A DNA stretch of 64,000 bases from an uncultured Eubacteriales bacterium (GTDB taxonomy: Bacteria; Bacillota; Clostridia; Lachnospirales; Bianqueaceae), in NCBI GenBank assembly GCA_902796435.1, contig CADBPG010000005.1:148-64147 (forward strand). Reading direction: 5' to 3'. The notes under the pieces are model-generated. The model was not told where the DNA came from. It did not search any database and saw only the letters and a list, made by a program, of their open reading frames with translations. Shown here piece by piece: positions 9,361-19,100 of the stretch; the first letter of the stretch is position 1, and every line of letters begins with the position of its first letter. The position numbers and the translations under genes were made by a program.

Positions 9361-11490
9361 ATGGTAGGAGAAATATATAACAAACCTGAAAACCTGATCA
9401 GCCGGGAACTGAGCTGGCTGGAGTTCGACCAGCGCGTACTGGACGAGGCAGTGGACCCGAAGAACCCGCTGATGGAGCGAGGCAAATTCCTCTCCATCAC
9501 CTCTTCGAATCTGGATGAGTTCTTCATGGTACGTGTCGGTTCCTTAAAGGATGCGATCCACAGTGAGATCACGAAACCGGATCCGGCAGGCCTGACCCCG
9601 AAGCAGCAGATGAAGCGGATCGCGGTCCGTGCGCACACCATGGTCCAGGATCAGTATGAGATCTATAATCATTCCTTCATCCCCATGCTGGAGAAGCAGG
9701 GGATCCGTGTGATCGATAAAAAAGAGGCAAAAGAAGTCTATTTTGATGCGTTGGAGGATTATTTCGACCAGGAGATCTTCCCGGTCCTTACGCCGATGGC
9801 CGTCGACCCCGGCCGTCCCTTCCCGTTGATCCTGAACCGCAGTCTGAACATCGCGCTTAGAATCGAAAAGGAAGATGGTGAGCCCATCTTCGCTACGGTA
9901 CAGGTACCGTCCGTGCTGGACCGCCTGGTACCCTTAAGCCAGGACCGCAGGACGATGATCCTTCTGGAGGACATCATCACTTTGTTCCTGGATCAGCTGT
10001 TCCCGAACCAGAAGATCCTGCATTCTACTTATTACCGGATCACCCGTAACGCGGATATGGAGTTCAAAGAAGAGGACGCTCCGGACCTGCTGGAGGAGAT
10101 GGCCCGTTCCGTCAAACAGCGGAAATGGGGCCAGGCCGTCCGTCTGGAGATCTCCCAGGACGCGCCGGAAGAGATCACCCGGTATCTGAAGAAGGCTCTT
10201 GAGGTGGAAGAGAAGGATATCTACTACATCAACGGACCGCTGGATCTGGGCTTTGCTTCCAAATTCGCGAAGATCCCGGGCACGGAGGACCTGCAGTTTG
10301 CCTCCATCTGGCCTCAGGAGCCGGCAGACCTGTTCGACGAGGATGATATTTTCGACGCGATCCGCAAAAAGGACATTCTGATGCATCACCCCTATGAATC
10401 CTTCGATCCGGTGGTGCAGTTTGTGGCCAAGGCAGCGGAGGATCCGGATGTTCTGGCAATCAAGCAGACGCTGTACCGTGTCAGCGGCCAGTCGCCCATC
10501 ATCCGTGCGTTGGCGCAGGCTGCGGAAAACGGCAAGCAGGTCACGGTCCTTGTCGAAGTCAAGGCCCGATTCGATGAAGAAAACAATATCCACTGGGCCA
10601 GACGCCTGGAGCAGGCGGGCTGCCACGTCATCTATGGTCTGGTCGGTCTGAAGACCCACTGCAAGATCACACTGGTGGTCCGGCGCGACGAGGACGGGAT
10701 CCGCAGATATGTGCACATGGGCACCGGTAACTATAACGATGTCACCGCACGCCTGTACACAGACCTGGGCCTGTTCACCTGCAAAGAAGCCTTTGGCATG
10801 GACGCTTCCTATCTGTTCAACAGTATCTCCGGTTATGGAGATCCGCCAGATTATTATAAGGTATCGACCGCGCCTTTGGGCCTGCGGAATGCTTTCCTGG
10901 ATCTGATCCGCCGTGAGAAAGAGCACGCGGAGCGGGGCGAAGAGGCGCACATCATCGCGAAATGCAATTCTCTGCTGGATACGGAGATCATCTGCGCTTT
11001 ATATGAAGCCTCCAACGCGGGTGTCGAGGTGGACCTGATCGTCCGCGGTATCTGCTGCATCCGTCCCGGAAAGCCCGGCCTTTCCGAGCATATCCATGTA
11101 CGCAGCATCGTAGGATGGCTCCTGGAGCACAGCCGCATCTACTATTTCCTGAACGGCGGTCAGGAGGAGATCTATCTCTCCAGTGCGGACTGGATGCCGC
11201 GTAATCTGGACCGCAGAGTCGAATTGATGTTCCCTGTGGAGACCGATGCGCATAAGGAGCGGCTGAAGGGCATTTTGGAGACCCTGCTGATGGATAACCA
11301 GAAGGCACGTGTCATGGACGCGGAGGGTGTCTATACACGCGTCTCGGATCAGGGTGAAGAACACGTCAACGCGCAGGATACCTTCTATAAAGAAGCCTTG
11401 AAGGCGGTCAAGGATCACAATACGAACCAGGAGACCGCGGTATTCCAGCCGATGCGGGCACCGCATGAGGAATCTGCTGATGGCGAATGA
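9361..11490 (+). CDS. ppk1: Polyphosphate kinase 1
   Basis: 709 aa with an N-terminal NRELSWLEFDQRVL motif, two PLD-like HKD-type domains (KTHCKITLVVRR..., GTGNYN) and a C-terminal SSADWMPRNLDRRVE motif. Confidence 0.95.
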   Translation: MVGEIYNKPENLISRELSWLEFDQRVLDEAVDPKNPLMERGKFLSITSSNLDEFFMVRVGSLKDAIHSEITKPDPAGLTPKQQMKRIAVRAHTMVQDQYEIYNHSFIPMLEKQGIRVIDKKEAKEVYFDALEDYFDQEIFPVLTPMAVDPGRPFPLILNRSLNIALRIEKEDGEPIFATVQVPSVLDRLVPLSQDRRTMILLEDIITLFLDQLFPNQKILHSTYYRITRNADMEFKEEDAPDLLEEMARSVKQRKWGQAVRLEISQDAPEEITRYLKKALEVEEKDIYYINGPLDLGFASKFAKIPGTEDLQFASIWPQEPADLFDEDDIFDAIRKKDILMHHPYESFDPVVQFVAKAAEDPDVLAIKQTLYRVSGQSPIIRALAQAAENGKQVTVLVEVKARFDEENNIHWARRLEQAGCHVIYGLVGLKTHCKITLVVRRDEDGIRRYVHMGTGNYNDVTARLYTDLGLFTCKEAFGMDASYLFNSISGYGDPPDYYKVSTAPLGLRNAFLDLIRREKEHAERGEEAHIIAKCNSLLDTEIICALYEASNAGVEVDLIVRGICCIRPGKPGLSEHIHVRSIVGWLLEHSRIYYFLNGGQEEIYLSSADWMPRNLDRRVELMFPVETDAHKERLKGILETLLMDNQKARVMDAEGVYTRVSDQGEEHVNAQDTFYKEALKAVKDHNTNQETAVFQPMRAPHEESADGE

Positions 11491-11695
11491 AAAACGTAAG
11501 AAGTGGCTGCATATCCTGCTGTGGGGTATCTGCGATCTGGCATTGATCATCCCGGTCCTGCTGTTGCTTTGGTGGTTCGGGCGTTTCATTGAAGAAAAAC
11601 GTCAGAAACCGGAGCCGCAGGAATCCGCTGCGGTCTGCCGGGAAGTCGAGATACTGCCATCCGCTGCAGTCCTTGAAGGAGAAATTGACCTATGA
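11480..11695 (+). CDS. Small hypothetical membrane protein (about 71 aa, one TM helix)
   Basis: The ATG at 11480 overlaps the ppk1 stop (ATGGCGAATGA) and the ORF's stop overlaps the GNAT start (ATGA). It has a hydrophobic helix, WLHILLWGICDLALIIPVLLLLWWF. There is no homology evidence. Confidence 0.4.
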   Translation: MANEKRKKWLHILLWGICDLALIIPVLLLLWWFGRFIEEKRQKPEPQESAAVCREVEILPSAAVLEGEIDL

Positions 11696-12834
11696 CAGAG
11701 TTTCGTAAAGCATTGCCCGTCGAGCGGGATCTTCTGATCGATTTCGGCAACTATGTGTTCAGCCATGACCATCGGCCCCATGACTTCAAGAAGATCCTGC
11801 CCAAAGTCTATGGAGATGGCCATGCCATCGAGAATTTTCATTTCATCGCGGTGGAAGATGGCAGGATCCGCGGCATGATCGCCGCCTATCCGCATACTTA
11901 TAACGTCTGCGGAACGGAACTGAAGACCCGCTTCATTGGAACGGTCAGCGTCCATCCCTATGCCCGCGGTGCGGGATACATGAAAAAGATCATGCAGATG
12001 ATCGACGATGAGCTGCTGGCTGAAGGTGTGGATTTCGCTGCTTTAGGCGGCCAGCGGCAAAGGTACCGGTATTTCGGATATGAGACCGGAGGCATAAGCC
12101 TGTCCTTTGTGGTCGATGGCGCCAATATCAAGCATACAGTGCCGGAGCTTAATGAATCCTTCTCGCTGGTGCCGGTGGAACAGGATGATGAGGAGCTGCT
12201 GGACCTTCTGTATGCGAAGTACCAGACCCGTCCGGTCACAGGCCGCGGCCGGGAAGAGTTTTATGAAATCCTGAAGACCTGGGATTCCTCGATCTATGCG
12301 GTGTTCCAGGATGTCACCTGTATCGGATATCTTGTGATCTCCGGCGACGGAAAACGTGTTCTGGAGACCCAGTTGGATTCTCCAGAGTGCCTGCCGGATG
12401 TGCTGCATACCTATCTGCACTGGTATGACAAGCAGGCAGTGACAGTCATCGTCCGCCGTTATGAGACCGCTTTGATCGACATTCTTGCGCCTATGGCGGA
12501 GGATGCTTCCATCGAAAGCAATCTCAACTATAAGATCTATAACTATCCCAAGGTCCTGAAAGCCTTCCTCGAGCTGAAGCAGACCCACGAGGCACTGGAG
12601 GACGGGTCCTTCGTTCTGGAGGTCAAGGACCATGGCAGGATGAAGATCCAGGTGGAAGACGGTGTGGTTTCGGTCACAGAGACCACCGAAGCACCGGACT
12701 GGTCCTTGTCCGATACCGAGGCAGTCCGCTTCCTCACATCACCGGAAGCCCTGTACCGCAATGTGACGCCCAAGGCCGTGCCCAGAAACTGGTTCCCACT
12801 GTCCTTTGGGATGTCTCCTCTAGACGAATTCTAA
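11692..12834 (+). CDS. GNAT family N-acetyltransferase, Eis-like architecture
   Basis: It has an acetyl-CoA motif (VHPYARGAGYMKKIM). The 380-aa length and C-terminal extension are typical of Eis-like GNAT proteins with an SCP2-type tail. Confidence 0.7.
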   Translation: MTEFRKALPVERDLLIDFGNYVFSHDHRPHDFKKILPKVYGDGHAIENFHFIAVEDGRIRGMIAAYPHTYNVCGTELKTRFIGTVSVHPYARGAGYMKKIMQMIDDELLAEGVDFAALGGQRQRYRYFGYETGGISLSFVVDGANIKHTVPELNESFSLVPVEQDDEELLDLLYAKYQTRPVTGRGREEFYEILKTWDSSIYAVFQDVTCIGYLVISGDGKRVLETQLDSPECLPDVLHTYLHWYDKQAVTVIVRRYETALIDILAPMAEDASIESNLNYKIYNYPKVLKAFLELKQTHEALEDGSFVLEVKDHGRMKIQVEDGVVSVTETTEAPDWSLSDTEAVRFLTSPEALYRNVTPKAVPRNWFPLSFGMSPLDEF

Positions 12835-12882
12835 ATAAAAAACGGTTTCATACCTTTTGTGTATGAAACCGTTCTTTGTTTT
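12834..12882. terminator. Bidirectional Rho-independent terminator between the convergent GNAT gene and pfkA
   Basis: A 13-bp perfect stem, AACGGTTTCATAC / GTATGAAACCGTT, flanked by an A-run upstream and a T-rich tail downstream. Confidence 0.85.
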
Positions 12883-12892
12883 ACGTTAAAGA

Positions 12893-13966
12893 TCAGTCGG
12901 CGAAGCAGATGCCCATGTCCTTCGCGGCGCGGACGATCTGATCATCCTTCGGGACGAATTTCGTGATCCCGGCGACTGCGGACAGCGGGTTATGGCCGAT
13001 CTTGCCATCGATCATGGCAACGGTCTGACCGTAATTCTCGTCACGGATCAGCTGGGCACCGTAGACACCGAACTGGGTGGCCAGCAGGCGGTCATAAGGA
13101 GAGGGGCTGCCGCCGCGCAGATAGTGGCCAGGCACGACCACGCGTGTTTCCAGGCCCGTGGCATTTTGGATCGTATCAGCCAGCATGAAAGAATTGGAGG
13201 AGAAGCCGGCTTCTTTGATGGCGGCTGCCCGTTCTTTTCTTTTCATTTTGGCAGCTTCCTTGGTGAAAGCACCTTCCGCAAGAGCGATGATGGTGAACCT
13301 GCGGTCCTTGCTGGTGCGCTTCTCGACGGCCTCGATGACCTTGTTGGGATCGTAAGGCATCTCCGGCAGAAGAACGACGTCCGCACCACCGGCAACACCG
13401 GAGTAGAGGGTGAGCCAGCCAGCTTTGTTGCCCATGATCTCGATGATCATGACGCGCTGATGGCTGTTGGCCGTGGTATGGATGCGGTCGATGACCTCGG
13501 TAGCCAGATCCACAGCTGTGTGGAAGCCGAAGGTAACGTCCGTGCCCCAGATATCGTTGTCGATGGTCTTGGGCAGGCCGATGACGTTCAGACCTTCTTC
13601 AGCCAGCAGATTGGCGGTTTTGTGGGTACCGTTGCCGCCCAGCGTGACCAGGCAGTCCAGACCCATTTTCTTGTAATTCTTTTTCATGGAAGCGACTTTA
13701 TCGACATTGTCCTCTTCGATCTTGCGCATGTTGCGGTAGGGGGTACGGCGGGTGCCAAGGATGGTGCCGCCCAAAGTCAGAAGTCCATGAAAATCAGAGG
13801 TTTTCATTTCTTTGTAATCGCCGTCGATCAGGCCTTGATAACCATCAGCGATACCTACGAATTCAACATCAAACATATTGTGGGCTGCCAGTGCGACACC
13901 GCGGATCGCCGCGTTCAGACCCGGGCAGTCACCGCCACTGGTCAGGATTCCGATTCTTCTTTTCAT
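12893..13966 (-). CDS. pfkA: ATP-dependent 6-phosphofructokinase
   Basis: Contains MKRRIGILTSGGDCPGLNAAIRG, LVTLGGNGT and PKTIDND motifs. The ATG at 13966 has an AGGAAAGGAA Shine-Dalgarno sequence upstream. Confidence 0.9.
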   Translation of the reverse strand: MKRRIGILTSGGDCPGLNAAIRGVALAAHNMFDVEFVGIADGYQGLIDGDYKEMKTSDFHGLLTLGGTILGTRRTPYRNMRKIEEDNVDKVASMKKNYKKMGLDCLVTLGGNGTHKTANLLAEEGLNVIGLPKTIDNDIWGTDVTFGFHTAVDLATEVIDRIHTTANSHQRVMIIEIMGNKAGWLTLYSGVAGGADVVLLPEMPYDPNKVIEAVEKRTSKDRRFTIIALAEGAFTKEAAKMKRKERAAAIKEAGFSSNSFMLADTIQNATGLETRVVVPGHYLRGGSPSPYDRLLATQFGVYGAQLIRDENYGQTVAMIDGKIGHNPLSAVAGITKFVPKDDQIVRAAKDMGICFAD

Positions 13967-14054
13967 AACAGCCAATTCCTTTCCTGTTAAATGTATCGTT
14001 GTCTTATTATACCTTTTTTTCGCAGGACTGGCTATACTTTTTTTATTACATTTA

Positions 14055-14063
14055 TGCTATAAT
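14055..14063 (+). promoter_or_regulatory. Possible extended -10 element (TGCTATAAT) for the sensor kinase operon
   Basis: TGnTATAAT lies 25 nt upstream of the kinase start. A GGAGGAAGGAGGGAGG Shine-Dalgarno region follows. Confidence 0.35.
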
Positions 14064-14087
14064 TATTGGAGGAAGGAGGGAGGATGC

Positions 14088-15413
14088 ATGATCTGGATCG
14101 CGCTGGAACAGTTGTTTCTGTTTTTTGAATGCTTTTTGTTCGTGGAATTCGTGACCCGCTTCAACCGGATCGACTGGACGCGCCGCGCCTGCCGCATCGC
14201 TATGATCCTGGCATGGGCCTTTTCCTTCCTGATCGTGGTGATCCCCGGACCGTTGTCCCAGAACATGCAGGCCCGACTGCTGATCCGTACAGCTATCCTG
14301 TTTTTATATACCCTGTATTTCCTGGAAGGCCCTATCATCGGCAAGGTACTTTCCTGCCTGTTTTTCCCATTTATCCTTCTGACAGCGCAGATCCTTGTGG
14401 CGCTGCCGTTGCTCTGGCTGACGGACGCCACGATGGAGCAGATCCTGGAAGAGCCCGGATGGGTCCATTCCGTGGACATGGGTCTGGCGGTGCTTCTGAC
14501 CTTCTATGCGACCCGACTGTTCCTGAAGCTGCGGGCCGTCTATTTCCAGCCCTACAAGAAGACCCATGTCGCCGCGGCGGTCCTGGTCCCATTGACGACC
14601 TTGATCAGTATCTGTGTTCTTATCACCATTCTGCCTGCCGCGGACGGGATCACCCGCATATTGCTCCTGCTGTCCATCGCCTGTACGATCGCTGCCAACC
14701 TGATCCTGTACTACCTGATCGGCAGTCTGGGCAGTGAAGGCAGCCTCCTGCGCGAGAATGAAATGCTGCGGGCCCTGGCCGCTTATGAGGAGCATAACAT
14801 CGAGGAACGCAGGACCTTATACGAGCAGACCCGGGGCATCCGCCACGAGATGAAGAATTACCTCACGCTGCTGGAGCAGTATATCCGCAATGACAGGCTG
14901 CAGGAAGCCCTGGAGACAATCGAGACCGTAAAAGGAAAGGTCGAAAGCCAGGGTGTGCAGATCCAGTCACCCAATGAAACGCTTAATTTCATCTTGAATA
15001 CGGCCCTGGCGCAGGCGGCAGCGCAGAAGATCCGCGCCAAGGTCCTGATCGAAGAAAGCAGGATCCCCTTGTCGGATCTGGACCTGTATTCCTTGATGGG
15101 CAATCTGCTGAACAATGCGGTCGAAGCACTGGCTGGCATGCCGGAGACAGAGCGGGACCTGAATATCGAATGTACACGGAAGGGCGGCTACGTGGCGATC
15201 CTGGTACGGAACCGGATCCTGGCAAGTGTGCTGGAAAACAATCCGGAGTTGAAGACAACCAAGGACAACCCTAATCACCATGGTTTCGGTGTCCGCATGA
15301 TCCGGGAAGTGGCACAACGTAATGGCGGAATGGCAGATTTCTTCGAAACAGAAGGCTGGTTCCAGGTGCAGGTACTGATCCCTGCGGGAGAGGAGGAGAC
15401 GGATGCAGAATGA
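14088..15413 (+). CDS. AgrC-like (HPK10-type) membrane sensor histidine kinase, GHKL ATPase domain
   Basis: ATG 14088 follows a strong Shine-Dalgarno sequence. There are 5-6 predicted N-terminal TM helices, an H-box GIRHEMKNYL, an N-box LMGNLLNNAVEAL and a G-box HHGFGVRMIREV. The ORF-track start at 13878 overlaps pfkA antisense and is unlikely. Confidence 0.8.
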   Translation: MIWIALEQLFLFFECFLFVEFVTRFNRIDWTRRACRIAMILAWAFSFLIVVIPGPLSQNMQARLLIRTAILFLYTLYFLEGPIIGKVLSCLFFPFILLTAQILVALPLLWLTDATMEQILEEPGWVHSVDMGLAVLLTFYATRLFLKLRAVYFQPYKKTHVAAAVLVPLTTLISICVLITILPAADGITRILLLLSIACTIAANLILYYLIGSLGSEGSLLRENEMLRALAAYEEHNIEERRTLYEQTRGIRHEMKNYLTLLEQYIRNDRLQEALETIETVKGKVESQGVQIQSPNETLNFILNTALAQAAAQKIRAKVLIEESRIPLSDLDLYSLMGNLLNNAVEALAGMPETERDLNIECTRKGGYVAILVRNRILASVLENNPELKTTKDNPNHHGFGVRMIREVAQRNGGMADFFETEGWFQVQVLIPAGEEETDAE

Positions 15414-16122
15414 AGTCTTGATCGCACTGTGTGATGAAGAGCAGGAGATCCTGAAGAAGCAGACAGAGGCGATCCAGATCCTGTTCTCAAAGGAAAATAC
15501 TGTATGTCATATCGATGCCTTTGCTTCATCCGAAGAACTGATGCAGACACTGGACCAAAAAATGTATGACATCGTTTTCCTCGACATCGATATGCCTAAG
15601 GTCACGGGCTTTGATCTGGCGGAGAAGGTCTCCAACCGGTATCCTTCCACGCTGATCATTTTTGTGACCTCCCACGACGAGCTTGTCTTCCCAACCTTCC
15701 GTTACCACCCCTTCCGGTTCATCCGCAAAAGCTTCTTTGATCAGGAGATCGAGGAGGCAGTGCAGGAGGCGGTGCGTTCCATCAGTGAAAAGAACCGGAT
15801 GTTCGAGATCCAGACCGCCGATGGACTCCAGTATGTTTATGCGTCCGATATCCTGTTCGCCGAAAGCGACAGGAACTATCTGCAGATCATCACAAGGCAC
15901 GGAGTCCTGCGTTGCCGGGACACGATCTCACATAAGGAAAAGGAATGGGCTCCCTACGGCTTTGTAAGGCCCCATAACGGCTTCCTGGTCAATCAGAAGT
16001 ATATTTATGCCATCGACACTGAAACGATCCGTCTGCGCAGCAAGAAGTACCCGGAGCTGCCCTTGTCGAAACGGCGTCGGGACCAGGTACTGGAAAGCTA
16101 TCAGAAGTATCTCAGGCATTAA
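15403..16122 (+). CDS. LytTR/AlgR family response regulator
   Basis: It has a receiver domain (DIVFLDIDMPKVTGFDLA) and a C-terminal LytTR DNA-binding domain (ILFAESDRNYLQIITRHG...GFVRPHNGFLVN). The start overlaps the kinase 3' end. Confidence 0.85.
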   Translation: MQNEVLIALCDEEQEILKKQTEAIQILFSKENTVCHIDAFASSEELMQTLDQKMYDIVFLDIDMPKVTGFDLAEKVSNRYPSTLIIFVTSHDELVFPTFRYHPFRFIRKSFFDQEIEEAVQEAVRSISEKNRMFEIQTADGLQYVYASDILFAESDRNYLQIITRHGVLRCRDTISHKEKEWAPYGFVRPHNGFLVNQKYIYAIDTETIRLRSKKYPELPLSKRRRDQVLESYQKYLRH

Positions 16123-16123
16123 G

Positions 16124-16150
16124 AAAGTCCTCCATGATCGGAGGACTTTT
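16124..16150. terminator. Bidirectional terminator between the convergent response regulator and TIR genes
   Basis: A 10-bp perfect stem, AAAGTCCTCC / GGAGGACTTT, with T and A runs on both sides. It fills the 30-nt gap between the two stop codons. Confidence 0.7.
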
Positions 16151-16152
16151 CA

Positions 16153-19100
16153 CTATTTATTCAGTTCTTCTTCTGCCCAGGCCTTGAGGTCGGCACGGGA
16201 GTAGTGAGGGAATGTACATAGTTTTAAGGTGTCGTTGTTCCAGAAGTAAATCTCGCCGGTCGCAGGATCATAGCCTTTGAGGTTCTCCATTTCGGAAGTC
16301 AGGACCCAATGCGTCGTATCGAGCAGGATGCCATTTGAGATAGAATCATACCTTCCAAAGAAGACTTCCATGGAACCGTCCAGGCACATGGCATGCAGGT
16401 TCTGTACCGAATCCGTATACCGTCCCAGCTGGAAAGTAGAGCGGATCTCATCCTGGATCCATTGCACAGGTTCCGCATACTTGAGTTCGAGTGTCTCGAG
16501 ATCATAAATATCGAGACGGCCGGTCTGTGTCAAGACCAACAGGTACCGGTCATCATCAGAAAAGGAGATGCAGGCAACGCCGTCTTCTTTATAGGCTTCG
16601 GATATCAGTGTGGTCGAGCCATCCTTAAGATCGTACAGGCGCAACTGATTCTGCGCATACAGAGCCATTTGAGGGCTGGTATTGCCCAAGTTAAGCACAT
16701 AGCTCTGATCCGATGAAAGTTCCTCCTGGATCTTTATGGTCTCACCAGTAAGCACATTCAGACACGTAAATGACGGTGTTTCATCCAGGGAAAACGTACC
16801 GTCGCCGTGGTCTTCCCCAGACACGCCATAATTTGCGATCCATCCGGAAGGCGATGTTAAAAATGAGGAGGTTTCAAAATCGTAGTCACGAATCAAGAAT
16901 ACATCGCTGAGATGTCTGTCGATCCAGAAATGGAGCACCCTGGCACCGATATAGCAAGAGGTGTCATAAGAAACGATCTCACCAGAGTGCAGCCGGAAAT
17001 GATCGGAAGGATAGGATAAAAGACCCAGCTCCGTGAGATCCACTTCGCAATAGTGCTCGGACCTGCCGTTACTGATCGTATAGAGATCCGGACCGTAGAG
17101 TATGTGATCCTCATCGATCAGGAACGCACCTGTAGAAAGGTCTGTATTCCTGTAGCTCTTAGTTTCCCGGGTCTCTGTGTTGAGGAGCATGTAGGTGTGA
17201 TCACTGCCGCTGATCATCATCCAGGGCGTGTCAGGAGGGCAATCGATACTGCTGGCATATGAAAGTGTGTCCGCGCCGGCAAAGATCACCTGCGCGTGCG
17301 GGTCTGTCTCGTAATGTGTGGACAGGATCCTGCCCGGATCACTTTCCGATACCGTATAGTACTGTCCTTGGGAATTCTTGGAGGAAAGATGGTCGCCTGC
17401 GCGGACCGCAAGGCAGACCTGATCCTGGTCGAACCGCGTCAAGAAGTAGTCACTGATGACAGAGCCATCGGCTTCTGGGTCCTTGAAGGTCAGTTCGATC
17501 ACATATCCATTCGCAGTAGCCAGTTCGAGGGTGCGTTTCTCTTTGTTTTTCCAGGAAATGCTCCGGACGATCCCTTCATCCAGACCATAGCTCTTGAAAA
17601 GGAAGTTGTCACTTTTGCGGAGCAGAAAAAGACGATTGTCGCTGGAGATCAGATAGAAATCAAGACCGGACAGCATATGGAAGCGTGGATACTGTCCATA
17701 AAAGCCATAGGAGGTTCCGCTGTCCTTCGTGCTGATATCATGATTGATGGTGTTGATGTCAAAATCATAACCATCCTCACCTTTTATACACTGACATGCG
17801 ATGACGCCACCGTACTGGATGGAGTGGAAGGCGATAAAGGCCTGCGACGCATCATCTGAAACATCCATGCCGTAGAAGAACTCCTGCGGATATGAGGAAC
17901 GCCCCAGCTTGGCCTTTTCCAGTGTATCCAGATCGACCACATAGAACAGATGTACTTCTTGGTCCATATCATCTGAACCTTCTTCGATCCCCGTCGCGTG
18001 TACACTGAAGAGCAGCTGCTTGTCGTTCTCTGAAAAAGCGCCACCTTGTTCAAACAAACCATCATAGTTCGTGTCTTTATCGGAGTAGGCTTCATTCGTA
18101 AGACTGATCCTTCCGTATTCGGAACCGTCCTCTGTGCTAAGGAGGATCAGATACAGGGGCGCATCAAAGGAAAAGATGTCAGGATCGTCACTGATCCGGT
18201 CCATGATGGCAAACAAGCTGCCGTCATGGGAAAGGACCTGGAAAAATATACCATAATGATGTGTATAGGACCAAAGCTCGCTTCCATCCTTGATGGAGAG
18301 ACAACGGACCGTATCATTCGTTTTATACAGGATCTTCTCACCCAGATTCTGTGTGTAGATCTGGACCCAGGGATCGTTGGAAGTATGAGACCATAGAGCA
18401 ACGCCTGTGGCACGATCGACACAGGTGATCTTTCCGAAAGAATCGACAATGAGAAGCGAGGACGTATCATCTGTGATCTTAAGATCCACGATATCCTGCT
18501 GTTGTTCATAAAAGATCTGCGTGACAGGAGAGTGCAGCTGGTACGCCCCTAAGGCATCTGCCAGCAGCAGGTCCACATGGGGATCGACCAGGGAGGGATC
18601 CTCGATGTCCATGGCCTGCACGGCATCTGTCAAGGCTCCTTTACGGTCAAACGCCTCCAGTTTCGCCGTGCCGGACTGTACCAATGCTTCAGACATGCGC
18701 TTTTCCGAAAGGGCATTCTGTTCGATGATCTGTTCCTTCTGCGCATTGATCTGCCGGTTCTTCACCAGAACGACGAAAGTAAAGGCGGTCATCAACAGTG
18801 CGGTGCCGGCCACGACGCCCATGCGTATATTGGCTTTTCTGCGGCGGTCCCGCTGCCACAGTGTGTCGAAAGAGCAGCCCAGCATGGCGGCGCAGAGGCG
18901 GATGAATTCTTTCTTGTAGGGTTGCTTCAGGTTCGCGGCTAAAGGCTCTACATTACCGGTAATATTGCCTTCTTCGTCAAAGGTATGGAGCATATAAGGA
19001 GAGAAGGAATCCTGAGGCTCGCCCTCGGCAAGAACCGCAAGCAGCTGGTCCCGGTCATGGGTCTTCAGGAAATAACGGATCTCTTCCTCGCACCAATGGG

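Noticed and set aside
14084-14128. A 14-codon ORF (ATGCATGATCTGGAT...TGA) upstream of and overlapping the kinase start, as a possible AgrD-like autoinducer precursor.
   Set aside because: It shares the Shine-Dalgarno region with the kinase and is out of frame with it by one nucleotide. It is far shorter than AgrD (about 45 aa), lacks an amphipathic leader or Cys/Ser cyclisation context, and no agrB is present.
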